64,000 bases of DNA from a virus: IMG/VR virus record IMGVR_UViG_3300037089_000505, positions 1 to 64,000 of that record, one strand, 5' to 3'. Both the position numbers and the translations under genes were made by a program. How positions within the stretch are numbered: the first letter of the stretch is position 1; the number at the start of each line of letters is the position of its first letter. Positions 40,286 through 50,669 of the stretch are shown here, one piece after another. The notes beneath the pieces are model-generated. The model searched no databases. It was not told the origin of the DNA and saw only the letters and a list, made by a program, of their open reading frames with translations.

Positions 40286-41665
40286 ATGACGTCCGTACTG
40301 ACAGTGAAGACGAACTTCTTGATTCTAAGTAGCGAAGACACAGATCTTTTAGAAAATATATACGATACACTTAGTTTTGCCGACACCTCTAAAGCTTTCT
40401 ATAATGGAGTCTTTAATAAAGATCGAATAACACAAGTACGTTTTTCAAAGTATGTAGAGGGATTAGGCTTACCAAGTTTAAGGATTCCCATAGGCTTTCT
40501 TGATTTTATTCAGAGTGTGCTTAAAGGTTATAGCCACACTGTAGTTGATGATAGAAAGCCTATAAAAGAAATCGAAGTAGACGACATAGAAAATCTAGAA
40601 GGCATAGAATTAGTAGAACATCAAATAGGTGCAATCTATAAAGCTTTAGGTAGAAGACGAGGAATTGTACGAGCTCCCACTGCTTCAGGTAAAACAGAAA
40701 TATTTTTAGCCATACTTAACATGCTTGAAGAACCCTCTTTAGTTTTATTTAACCGTGAACAGCTTGCTAAACAAACGGTAGATAGAGCTGCAGAGCGTGG
40801 CCTAGATGTAGGCTTAGTTCAAGGTCCAAATGTTTTAGAAAAAAATATTACGATGGCCACAGTACAGAGCATACACAAACTCAAGAACATACACAAATAT
40901 AAAAACCTTGTATTAGATGAAGTACATAACTGTGGATCTAAATCATATCAAAAAGTTTTGAAGTTAGCTCATTGGGAAAGAGTGTATGGATTTAGTGCTA
41001 CACCCGTCGATCCTAAAAAAATGAATTTGAGATCTGCTAAATTAATTGCCTATGTGGGACCTATAATTTATGACGTCAGTGCTAAAGAATTAATGGAAGC
41101 CGAGATTATAGCTAAACCAAAAATCTTTATGCTGCCTGTAAACGAACCAGACGATCTTGAAGACTGTAATTATAGAGAAGCTGAGATGTTGGGTTTGATC
41201 TATAACACTTACCGAAACAATCTGATCAAAGACTTGGCTGAAAAACATAAAGAAGATAAGGTATTGATTTTGACTAAATATATCGACCAGGGGCAAGAAA
41301 TAGCTAAGTTGATACCTGATGCTGAATTTATATGGCACGAAGTATCAGTCGCAGAGAGATTAAAAGCAGTCGCAAGATTTGAGAGCGGCGAGCTCAAGAT
41401 ATTAATAGCTTCCCGTATCCTTGATGAAGGCATAGATATTAAAGAATTCAAAGTTCTAATAATAGCCAGTGCAGGTATTAGCTTTATAAAAACTATCCAG
41501 AGATTAGGACGCGGCTTAAGAGTTACTGAAGATAAAAAGAATATAACAGTCTATGATTTTATGGACAACACCAGCCCCAAATTACTTAAACATTCCCGTG
41601 CGAGAAAAAAGACTTACAAAATGTTTGGTTATGATGACATAACTGTAGTGGAGAAAATAGCATGA
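40286..41665 (+). CDS. uvsW: SF2 helicase, UvsW-like
   Basis: APTASGKT, LDEVH, GFSATP, DEGID, QRLGRGLR. Confidence 0.9.
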   Translation: MTSVLTVKTNFLILSSEDTDLLENIYDTLSFADTSKAFYNGVFNKDRITQVRFSKYVEGLGLPSLRIPIGFLDFIQSVLKGYSHTVVDDRKPIKEIEVDDIENLEGIELVEHQIGAIYKALGRRRGIVRAPTASGKTEIFLAILNMLEEPSLVLFNREQLAKQTVDRAAERGLDVGLVQGPNVLEKNITMATVQSIHKLKNIHKYKNLVLDEVHNCGSKSYQKVLKLAHWERVYGFSATPVDPKKMNLRSAKLIAYVGPIIYDVSAKELMEAEIIAKPKIFMLPVNEPDDLEDCNYREAEMLGLIYNTYRNNLIKDLAEKHKEDKVLILTKYIDQGQEIAKLIPDAEFIWHEVSVAERLKAVARFESGELKILIASRILDEGIDIKEFKVLIIASAGISFIKTIQRLGRGLRVTEDKKNITVYDFMDNTSPKLLKHSRARKKTYKMFGYDDITVVEKIA

Positions 41666-41958
41666 TAGAAATACACGATGAAAAATTTATCGCTGAAGGA
41701 ATAGACGACGCCTCTTATTTTATTGAGAAATATAAAGTGACTGGCGACGCTATAAATTTAGATAAAGCTGCTCTTTTATTGAAGAGTGTAAAAGTTTATC
41801 TAACCGCAAAGAAGAGCGTTCTCAACTATGAAATATGAAAACCCTTATCCAATCGAGAGTGTTACAGTCGAATTTGTAGCAATACAACATGGCTGGAAAA
41901 ATTATATCTGGAGTGTATTGTATCAAAGAGAACCAAAATATAGGAGAGGAAACTAGAG

Positions 41959-42222
41959 ATGCCTTTATACGAATATGATTGTCCAAAATGTAAAACTAGA
42001 ACAGATCACTTACATGGTTATAATAAGAAACCAAAACTAAAATGTCCAGAATGCGGTACGCTATTAGCGAAAAGATTTTCACTTACGTCATCTATAATAA
42101 TTAAACAATCATTTAAAGCCGTTTCGAATCCCAGATGGTTAGACAAAAAAATAGAGAAGATAAGAGCCAATCCAGACTTAGACCCATACAAGAAACATAG
42201 GGATAAGGACACACCCTTATAA
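41959..42222 (+). CDS. FmdB-family zinc ribbon protein
   Basis: MPLYEYDCPKC...CPECG. Confidence 0.8.
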   Translation: MPLYEYDCPKCKTRTDHLHGYNKKPKLKCPECGTLLAKRFSLTSSIIIKQSFKAVSNPRWLDKKIEKIRANPDLDPYKKHRDKDTPL

Positions 42223-42626
42223 GGAGCCTTTCTATGGAACACAGAATATTAGTAGATGATGTTTTATACATCGTAGAAGATAATAAAATAGAAAAACTAA
42301 AAACATGGTTAACTAAAAATGGCCTAGAGGCAGGCCAAGTCAAAAGCGACTTAGATGTTGAAGATATAGTTTATGAGTTTGAAGCAACCGAACCGGTTTC
42401 TAGTAAGTTACCGGTCGAAGATAAAACCCCCAGGAGGAGAAGTAAGAAAAATGAAGATTAATCTCAAGAATTTCGATGAAACAGATTTACTTGAGCTGAA
42501 TGATGAAGCAATCGAGCAACTAAAAGATCAAGACTATAAAGAGACACAAAAAAAGAAAATGAATAGGAATACGAAACATATCGGTAGATCTAAATAACTT
42601 CCCACCATTGCATATTATAATATATA

Positions 42627-43655
42627 ATGAAAATTAAGTACTCGTTCAAAACTGTTGAAAGTTTCCTCAAGGAGTACGTTAAAGACTATAAGGTATTGGG
42701 CAGCGGCGAATTAGCAATTAATTCGCCGTTCATGAGCGATACGACTTATGACTGTCATATAAACGTAGAGAAGGGAGCCTTCCATGATTGGGAATCTGAC
42801 GAACATGGAAACATAGAGGACTTAGTCGCCATTATTCTTGAGACCGACGACCCCGATGAAGCCCGACGAACATTATTCAAATATGGCTTTGCTGATATTC
42901 AAATTCAAGACACCAGACCCCAAGAACCTTTAATCTTAGACACTAAAGAAATAACGCTACCACCAAATACGTTAGCTTTTAGCAAGAAAGAAAAACGTGG
43001 CGGTATTAGAAATTTACAACTCGCACAAGCATTCTTAATGGAAAAACTTGTCAACTATAAATTGGCCACTAGATATAACCTGCGATGGACAGAAAGTTCT
43101 TATATAGGCAGTGTAAAAGATCCAGCTAAAAAATATAATCTTAGCCGCAGAATAATCATACCTACTTATGAAGATGGTAAATTAGTGTATTTTCAAGCGA
43201 GAGATTATACAGGCAAGAGCGAATTAAGATACAAGAATCCGCCAAAGGAATTGCAGCTCAAAAGTATCATAGTCCCATTTTATGACTTGATACTACCCAA
43301 CGAAATTCTGTTCATAAGCGAAGGACCGTGGGAAGCTATTCAATATTCTGGAACTTACATGTTAGGGCCCGTGATTTCTGATAGGCAGATATTTAAGATC
43401 AAAAAGAAAAATCCTAAAGCGATATATTTTGTGCCAGATAATGATGAGACTGGCCGAAGAAAGTTGATCAAAAACTTGGGTCACATAAAAAGTTTTCTCA
43501 GTTGTCCTATATACATCGTCAAGTGGTGGAAGAATGATTATGCAAACTTCAAAGATCCAATTGATGCCAAGATAAAGTTTGATGATTTAGTGAATGCTGA
43601 CTTTATTGAGTTTGACCAATATACCGAACTCAAAATAAGGATGGGTAATATATGA
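42627..43655 (+). CDS. DNA primase (TOPRIM), gp61-like
   Basis: RIIIP, YFQAR, RYKNP, ISEGPWEA, PDNDETG, KDP. Confidence 0.85.
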   Translation: MKIKYSFKTVESFLKEYVKDYKVLGSGELAINSPFMSDTTYDCHINVEKGAFHDWESDEHGNIEDLVAIILETDDPDEARRTLFKYGFADIQIQDTRPQEPLILDTKEITLPPNTLAFSKKEKRGGIRNLQLAQAFLMEKLVNYKLATRYNLRWTESSYIGSVKDPAKKYNLSRRIIIPTYEDGKLVYFQARDYTGKSELRYKNPPKELQLKSIIVPFYDLILPNEILFISEGPWEAIQYSGTYMLGPVISDRQIFKIKKKNPKAIYFVPDNDETGRRKLIKNLGHIKSFLSCPIYIVKWWKNDYANFKDPIDAKIKFDDLVNADFIEFDQYTELKIRMGNI

Positions 43656-43879
43656 AGAAAGATTTTACGAAAGAAGACGCACTTTTGACAAAATGGAAAC
43701 CATTTTTACCACCATGGAAAATAACCCACAGAAAGAGTAAAAAGCGTAAGATACTTCTACTGACAGCTCAATTACTTGATAATCAAGAAAAGTATATGAA
43801 AGGTTTACCGCCCCAAGGATCTTCATTACTTGAGTGGATGACCTCATTACATTCAGTGGAGCTCACAAATGAACGTTGA
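43652..43879 (+). CDS. Small protein resembling the N-terminal prodomain of T4 gp23 capsid protein
   Basis: LLTKWKPFL...TAQLLDNQEKYM. Confidence 0.55.
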   Translation: MKKDFTKEDALLTKWKPFLPPWKITHRKSKKRKILLLTAQLLDNQEKYMKGLPPQGSSLLEWMTSLHSVELTNER

Positions 43880-44342
43880 AATCGAACGCAAGTTCCTTGT
43901 AAAAGGAGACGGTTACAAAAGCCTTAGATTTAAAATCTATCGTCAAGGATATCTCTCCACAGAAACGAAGCATACAGTAAGGGTGCGAACGGTAGGGCGA
44001 AAAGCCTTTATAACCATCAAGGGTAAAAGAGTTGGAATTAGTCGGACTGAGTTTGAATACGAAATTCCTTATAGTGATGCCAAAGAAATGCTTGAGTTTC
44101 TATGCGAAAGGCCTATCATAGAAAAGACGCGATATATTGTTAAATACGGCGAACTGACTTGGGAAGTAGATGAATTCATGGGTGAGAACCAAGGACTTGT
44201 AATAGCAGAAGTTGAGCTCGAGAGCGAAGATCAAAAAATTCATTTGCCGCCATGGGTAGGAGAAGATGTATCAAAAGATCCCCGCTATGCTAATTCTAAT
44301 TTAGTGAGGAATCCTTACAAATCATGGCCGACAAAGAATTAA
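43869..44342 (+). CDS. CYTH domain protein (triphosphate tunnel metalloenzyme)
   Basis: EIERKFLV, QGYL, VRVR, ITIKG, EFEY, IEKTRY, WEVDEF, AEVEL. Confidence 0.92.
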   Translation: MNVEIERKFLVKGDGYKSLRFKIYRQGYLSTETKHTVRVRTVGRKAFITIKGKRVGISRTEFEYEIPYSDAKEMLEFLCERPIIEKTRYIVKYGELTWEVDEFMGENQGLVIAEVELESEDQKIHLPPWVGEDVSKDPRYANSNLVRNPYKSWPTKN

Positions 44343-44552
44343 CACTTGCATTACTTAAAGCAAGAGAGTGGATAAAAATAAGAGGTGTGCTAGTTCAAGT
44401 CTCACAAGAATATTCGCCTGACGGCATTGGAAGATTTCATGTAGATTTCATGACCACTAATATGGATTCACAACAACGATTGGGTCAGCTCATCTATCAA
44501 AATGTAATGCCATATAGTCCAACTAAAGAAACTGAACTCTGGATTATTAAAG

Positions 44553-44744
44553 TTGATTAGTAAGAAGGTTACTATTTTGATGCTTAGAGGCTTACACTGT
44601 GGAAACTGTCGGCACTTAGCACACATAGTAAGTGCAGTCGGTACCGGCTACTTATATCATTGTGAAAATAAAAAGTCTCGGCGACCAACGATGTCGTTAG
44701 AGGAAGCACGTTATCCGTGTAGCCATTGGAAAAAAGTTAAGTAA
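44553..44744 (+). CDS. Cys4 miniprotein
   Basis: KKVTILMLRGLHCGNC...HC...PCSHW. Confidence 0.55.
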   Translation: MISKKVTILMLRGLHCGNCRHLAHIVSAVGTGYLYHCENKKSRRPTMSLEEARYPCSHWKKVK

Positions 44745-45570
44745 TTACTTTTACGATTGTTGTAAGTGTAAGAATAGCGCACAGCCGTTAGATGATATAG
44801 GCTTATACTGTCGAGCGAAAGAAAAAGACGTATTGCCGTCTCAAAAAAAGTGCGAACATTATGCGGAGTATACATTGACTAAGAAAGAGTTCACAATAGG
44901 AGTTCTCAAAGATGAGTTGTGGTGTTGTTTATGTGTGCGTGGAACGGTAATTGCAAAGCCGGGCTCTCCTATTTATTGCACTATACATAATAGAGATGTG
45001 GCAATAAAATCACCACCATGCAAAAATTATTGCGATTGGAGAGGACCTATAAAAAATGAATGATCTAAAATTCAATTGGCTTGGTGAAGGAATGCACTAT
45101 GGACAAGACACTCACTTCTTTTGCCTAACAGCTTTTAACATTGACCTTATATATTCAATCAATAAAAGAACTAAAATGTCAGACGGCGAAGAGTCGTTTG
45201 TAATAAATCGAGTAACACAAAAAAGTATAGGTAATGTCAACAAGAATAGAAGTATAGATGAAACTATAAACAATGTCTTTTTAATAAAAACAGATGATGC
45301 CTTTCATAGGAAATTCAAACATAGTTACTATTTGCTTAAGTTTGTTACAGATACTAATGTTATTACGATAGGTAAATATTCAGATAACACTGCTAGTAGT
45401 TCTTTTTATCTAATCTGCGGTACTGACTATATAAATCTATTAGCTGATACTAAAAAAGTTGAGTCAGCCGACGATATTAGAGAAACAGCGTTCAAACCAC
45501 TTATGTGTGTGTTTGATCGCAACGAAATGACTAAGGAACTGCTTCGAGATTAAGGAGATAAAGTTAGCCC

Positions 45571-46839
45571 ATGAAAGAAAGTTTAAACCTTGGAACACTT
45601 GAACATTTGATCTTAAACTACTCTACAAAAGATCAAAGCTTCTGGTTGAAAGTATTCGAAAATCTAAAACCCGCCTTCTTTGAGAAGGACGATAATAAGA
45701 AAGTCTTTACATTCTTTAAGAACTATTTCGGTAAGTACAAACAAATACCTGCTCGACAAATAGTTGCAAACGAATTAAGAGACGTAGATGCATCTACATT
45801 ATCGGTTATTTATGAAGCACCTACCGAAGACGCAAAACAATACATATACGAAAAGACTCTTACCTTCATAAAAGAGAGTATGATGAAAGAGGCTTTTATG
45901 AAGTCTATCGACATTCTAGAAAAGAATGGTAAGGATAAGTTTGACGAAATAGAATCTGAAGTAAGAAAAGTCGTTAGATTCAATATGGATGTCTCGCTTG
46001 GTATTAGACTATCAGACGTAGATACCAGATACGAAAAGATCAAATCACTTGAGACAGAAAGAATACCCACTGGTTTCCCTCAATTAGACGCTTTACTCCA
46101 TGGAGGATGGGGACGTAAAGAGTTATTTGCCTGTGCAGCGCCTCCAGGAATTGGTAAATCAATCTTCTTAGCTAATTGGGCAGTTCAAGCTATGAAGCAC
46201 GGACATAACGTTCTAGTCTACACACTAGAAATAGCAGAAGAGCGATTGTCAATGAGGCATGATGCTATTCTAACTAAAATACCAGTAGACGAATTGATAT
46301 TAGATATTGATGCAATCAAAGCAAAGTATAAGATGTTTGCCAAAGTGTCTAAAGCTGACATGCAGATAAAAGAGTTCCCAACTAAGGGTGTCAGCATAAA
46401 CCAATTGAAGTCGCATTATGAACAACTAAATCTATATGAGGGTTTTGAACCAGAAATAATCTTTGTAGACTATGCTGGTCTATTAAGACCGTCCTTCAGA
46501 GTAGGAGATAACTACGAAGATTTAAGAACCATCTTTGAAGAACTAAGAGGTTGGGCGGTAGAGTTAGACATTCCTATCGTTACAGCTGCTCAAACAAACC
46601 GAAAGAGCATAGACGAAAAAGGTGGAACAAAAGAAATCATTACAATGGCTCAAGTAGCTGACTCACTTGGTATTACCCAAACCCTAGACGTCTTTATGAC
46701 TATAACACAATCAAGAACTGAAAAAGAAGAAGGCCGAATCAATTTGTATATAGATAAAAGCCGTAACGGAGAATCTTCAAAATCCATCGAGCTAAGCATA
46801 GATTATAAGAACTTCATAGTAGAGGAGTTAGGAATATGA
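45571..46839 (+). CDS. gp41: Replicative DnaB-like helicase, gp41-like
   Basis: IPTGF, APPGIGKS, YTLE, KEFPT, VDYAGL, TAAQTNR, KSRNG. Confidence 0.93.
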   Translation: MKESLNLGTLEHLILNYSTKDQSFWLKVFENLKPAFFEKDDNKKVFTFFKNYFGKYKQIPARQIVANELRDVDASTLSVIYEAPTEDAKQYIYEKTLTFIKESMMKEAFMKSIDILEKNGKDKFDEIESEVRKVVRFNMDVSLGIRLSDVDTRYEKIKSLETERIPTGFPQLDALLHGGWGRKELFACAAPPGIGKSIFLANWAVQAMKHGHNVLVYTLEIAEERLSMRHDAILTKIPVDELILDIDAIKAKYKMFAKVSKADMQIKEFPTKGVSINQLKSHYEQLNLYEGFEPEIIFVDYAGLLRPSFRVGDNYEDLRTIFEELRGWAVELDIPIVTAAQTNRKSIDEKGGTKEIITMAQVADSLGITQTLDVFMTITQSRTEKEEGRINLYIDKSRNGESSKSIELSIDYKNFIVEELGI

Positions 46840-47052
46840 TAGAATTCGAAGAAAGCAAGAGAGTGGATAATAAGCCTATTTCTCAGTTAGTTAATCGCGA
46901 AACTGGAAAACGCTACATTGATATGGACGACCTATTACATTTCTTGGATAATGTTGCTTTTCGAAGTGAAGGCTATACTGGCCCACAAGTCGTAGAATTC
47001 CTGAAGCAGCGCCTGACAGTTATGATGTCAGGTCAAGACGACAAATGTTGTT

Positions 47053-47588
47053 ATGAGTTATTTAGTCTCTAAGGAAGAAGCACTACTACTCTTAAAAGGC
47101 TGGCAAAAATCTCATCCACCAAAAGACGGTAGAGACTTTGTAGGACTTTGGTCTGACAGAGAACCTCATCTTTTATTTTGGGATAAAAATAATGAGACTT
47201 GGTCTGGCGTAACTAAAGACGAATATGAAGAGCCAGAGTATTGGCGTGAGTTGAATGCCACTGAGAATAAAAGATTAGAAAAATGGACGAAGTTCCTTGA
47301 TAAATGGTCATGACAAAAGAAGAGGTCATAAAACTTTTAAAATTAAAAGGCAGCGAACCACCACACGATAGATCCTTTCTAGGTCGTTGGTTTATTCGAG
47401 ACGCGACTTTTCGTATTGAAAAGGGCACTTATCATTGTACTGAGAGGTGGGTGACCCACATAATTCATTGGGAGAATGGTGAGTGGTGGTCAGATGATTC
47501 AGCTTATCCGTGGAGAAAACCAGAGGGTGGATGGAGAGAAATAGAAGAAGGAGATGAATACGATGAAGAATGGTATGAAGGCAGATGA
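47053..47588 (+). other. Two tandem paralogous Trp-rich small genes (DUF551-like)
   Basis: 47053..47313 and 47304..47588 share KEE...LLK...PP.D..F.G.W...W...W...P..WRE. Confidence 0.55.
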
Positions 47589-47899
47589 TATAAAACCAGC
47601 TTGGGAACTTGACCCAAAAGACATAACTAAAAGATTGCTAAAGGATATACCGAGCGGACTTCGCTATACTCAGAAAGATAAAGAGCGAGCTATAGATGAG
47701 GCTTTCAGTGCTTGTGCCTTCGGTAGTATGCAGAATGGAGTACCTGGTGAAATCATTAACCATCTATCCAAAGAAACTCGCGACATACTACAACATTGCA
47801 CATCGCAAGATTGGATGCACAGAATACCGACTTGGCTTGACAACGATAAAAGCCTTGATGCACAAATTCGCAGAATGGCGCCGAATTGGAATAAAAAGA

Positions 47900-48367
47900 A
47901 TGGACGACGAAGGTAGTGTTTGGTTTCACGGGACCGATACCAAAAAGAAGTATCTCTCAATACTAAAAAGTGGGTTCAAACCTTATACTTATTTTACACC
48001 ATACCTTGATACAGCTATCGGATATGGTGGGAAATATGTATTTGCTATTTACTTTGAAAAGAACCCTACTAAGTACTGGGAATGGAGAAATACCGAAATA
48101 ATCCCGCCTGACAGAATCTTACACGTCAAAGAATACTCCTACACCGTTAAATATATCAACGAAGCTGCTCTTAAAGAACAACACCATTCTGATCTTTTAG
48201 AAAGAAATCCTGGTAAAATTATTTGCCCAAAATGCGACGGTCACGGCGAACATAGACCTAAGAAATATAGACTTCAACACATATACAAAATCGGGGGTGG
48301 ATCTTTCAGGACCAGAAAAGACAAATGTAATATTTGTGAAAACTGTAACGGATATGGAGTAGTCTAA
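47900..48367 (+). CDS. ADP-ribosyltransferase-like domain fused to a DnaJ-type zinc finger
   Basis: WFHGT...ILKSGF...YFT...A.GYG; CPKCDGHG and CENCNGYG; start ATG 47900. Confidence 0.55.
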   Translation: MDDEGSVWFHGTDTKKKYLSILKSGFKPYTYFTPYLDTAIGYGGKYVFAIYFEKNPTKYWEWRNTEIIPPDRILHVKEYSYTVKYINEAALKEQHHSDLLERNPGKIICPKCDGHGEHRPKKYRLQHIYKIGGGSFRTRKDKCNICENCNGYGVV

Positions 48368-48382
48368 AGTCAAGATAATTTC

Positions 48383-48664
48383 ATGGTTAAGCTTGGCCGC
48401 TGGTACAAAGACGAATACAATGAATATACAATGCCTCTCGTTGTTGATATACTGAAAGATAAACTAACTGCTATTATTTCTTTACCAGATACTAGAAACT
48501 CAGACTCTGAAAAACTTAATTACATTTTAACAGATAGATACACCGACACCTTCGGCCTAATGATAGGTGAGATGCCAAAACTACAATCTAAAAGTTTCTC
48601 TAGAAAATTGCCCAGAAAGACAATGCGAAAGGCACTCAAAGCTATATTTACGGGGAAAGCGTAA
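48383..48664 (+). CDS. Small protein, C-terminal hIKxhF family
   Basis: MVKLGRWY... ends MRKALKAIFTGKA; AAGATAA 4 nt upstream. Confidence 0.6.
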   Translation: MVKLGRWYKDEYNEYTMPLVVDILKDKLTAIISLPDTRNSDSEKLNYILTDRYTDTFGLMIGEMPKLQSKSFSRKLPRKTMRKALKAIFTGKA

Positions 48665-48686
48665 AGATAAATATAAGGAGACTCTC

Positions 48687-49470
48687 ATGACACTTTACGG
48701 TTTACTGTTACAAAATTTGACTGACTTAAATGAAATGCATGCAGTTCCAGGCCCAGGTGGATTAAGGCACGGACGTGGGGCAGCTGGACACTTAAGAGGT
48801 TTTGAAAAATCTAAACCACCTGCAGGTATGTCTGGTAAAGATTGGCACATTGGAGATAAGTGGATGAGCTATGAAGAAGCTCAATTATATCTCAAAGACA
48901 AACTGAAACGATCTGTTCCAGAAAAAGAACTTGACCACATGGACGTAGATGAAATGGTCGCTAAAACAAAGGAACTGGCTTTAAAATTGTGAAATTGTCA
49001 GAAGCTCTTTTTCTAGAAATGAACGTAGAGTCTCCTATTAACCCACTAGGCTCATATCCTGGTCCCGGATATGCAAGTCCTGGCTTTAAATTCAATACGC
49101 CTCAAACTCCAGTTACTTCGCAAGGTGCAGACAAAGAAGCTTATAAATATTACGGGAAAAGATACCCTATTCCTAAGAAAAAGAAGAAAGAAAAAAGAAA
49201 GAGGGGCGTAGATGAGATTGATAAACTATCAACAGATATTGATGCGCCAGGTAATGGCTTCGGATCAATGTATTAGGAGTTAATATGAAGCTAGCAGAAG
49301 CTATAGGAACAATCCCTACACCAAACAAGATGAATGAACCATACTTGAACTTCGGCACTCATATAGAAAAACCCCGTAAGAGACCTAAGCCGTTGCGCCG
49401 ACGTCTCAACCCACTCAAGGCAGCGACTCGCCTACCCAACATAAAACCTGCTCCACTCGAAGGCTATTAA
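48687..49470 (+). other. Three small putative late genes with capsid-targeting-like leaders
   Basis: 48687..48992 (..DLNEMH), 48989..49276 (MKLSEALFLE), 49285..49470 (MKLAEAIG); AAGATAA at 48664. Confidence 0.55.
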
Positions 49471-50144
49471 CTATCGATTCTATAATATAGTCCACTAATG
49501 GACGCGAACAAACTAAAAAAACTTAAGGAAATCAAATACCAGATTCGGAAATGCTGTGGAACATGTAAGCACGCTAACTTCCCCGCGAATGATTGGTCTA
49601 CCTGCCAATTTCACACATATCAACATCAAAAACATACAGTAGAAATGAGAAACTTATCTGTCAACAGCTATGGATATTGTCCCAGCTTTGAGTGGAGTGA
49701 GTTTTATCTAAAGGCTGAACTCGGTCTTTGGTTGAGCTTTACTGAAGGAAGTGAAACATGACAAAAACAAAGATCGTTCTTGCAACTGGAGCTGGATTAT
49801 TTGTAATTCTTTTCTTCTTTTTGGTTATATGTTTTCCAAGGCCATTTCCAACTGAAACTCAGCAATTTTCAGAAATCCAAAAATCAATCGACGAGAACGA
49901 AAAGAAACTCCAAGAAGCCGAGCAAGGCGTGTGGAACATTCAAAGGGATTTGTGCAATCTTACTCTTCAGATTTGGGTGACGGATATGATTCGTCATCAT
50001 CAAACTTTTTCTCTCACACACATTGAGACTATAGAAGATTTTAGTCCAATGACCGATTGGATGGCTTTATTGGACAGTTGGGTTCTTTGGCTTCAAAAGA
50101 AAATCATCATCAGAGAAGTTTCGAATCCAGTTTAGTATTAATTT

Positions 50145-50669
50145 GTGGAAAAGGTCAATCTCCCAGAAATGCAGAAAGGTGCTTGGAAGGTAGAACGTTT
50201 CACTACCGACCGAACTGATTGGAGTTCACTCTTTCATGGAAGGGCAGTTCCAGTTGGCGAAACCTATACGCGCCTCATGCGAGACAATGTTCTAGTAATG
50301 TCGGACACTCCTGCTGAAATGCACGACCATCGAGATCCTGTCGATTTTGCAAGAGGCTCCTGTCTTTTGAGTGGACTTGGCCTTGGAATGGTTTTGAAAA
50401 ACATCCTGCTCAAGCCATATGTTACAGATGTAACAGTGATAGAAGTCTCTCAAGATCTGATCGACCTTATTTCGCCTTTCTACATTGATCCACGAGTCAC
50501 AATCATTTGTGCAGATGCTTTAGCCTACAGGCCGCCCAGAGGCAAACACTACAATATGGTCTGGCATGATATCTGGGACAACATCTGTGAAGACAATCTT
50601 GAGAGCATGAAAAAGCTCAGAATGAAGTACGCAAGGCGAAGTGATTGGCAAGGTTGCTGGGCTCAATAG
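50145..50669 (+). CDS. Spermidine synthase-like SAM-dependent methyltransferase
   Basis: VMSDTPAE, LLSGLGLG, VTVIE, ADAL, WHDIW. Confidence 0.8.
   Translation: MEKVNLPEMQKGAWKVERFTTDRTDWSSLFHGRAVPVGETYTRLMRDNVLVMSDTPAEMHDHRDPVDFARGSCLLSGLGLGMVLKNILLKPYVTDVTVIEVSQDLIDLISPFYIDPRVTIICADALAYRPPRGKHYNMVWHDIWDNICEDNLESMKKLRMKYARRSDWQGCWAQ

Noticed and set aside
43869-44342. CYTH protein as an adenylate cyclase signalling system
   Set aside because: Short CYTH proteins are mostly triphosphatases, and nothing in the sequence fixes the substrate
18842-46839. Introns or inteins in core genes
   Set aside because: UvsX, helicases, primase, gp46/47 and tail genes are continuous with no intein motifs; the endonucleases are free-standing
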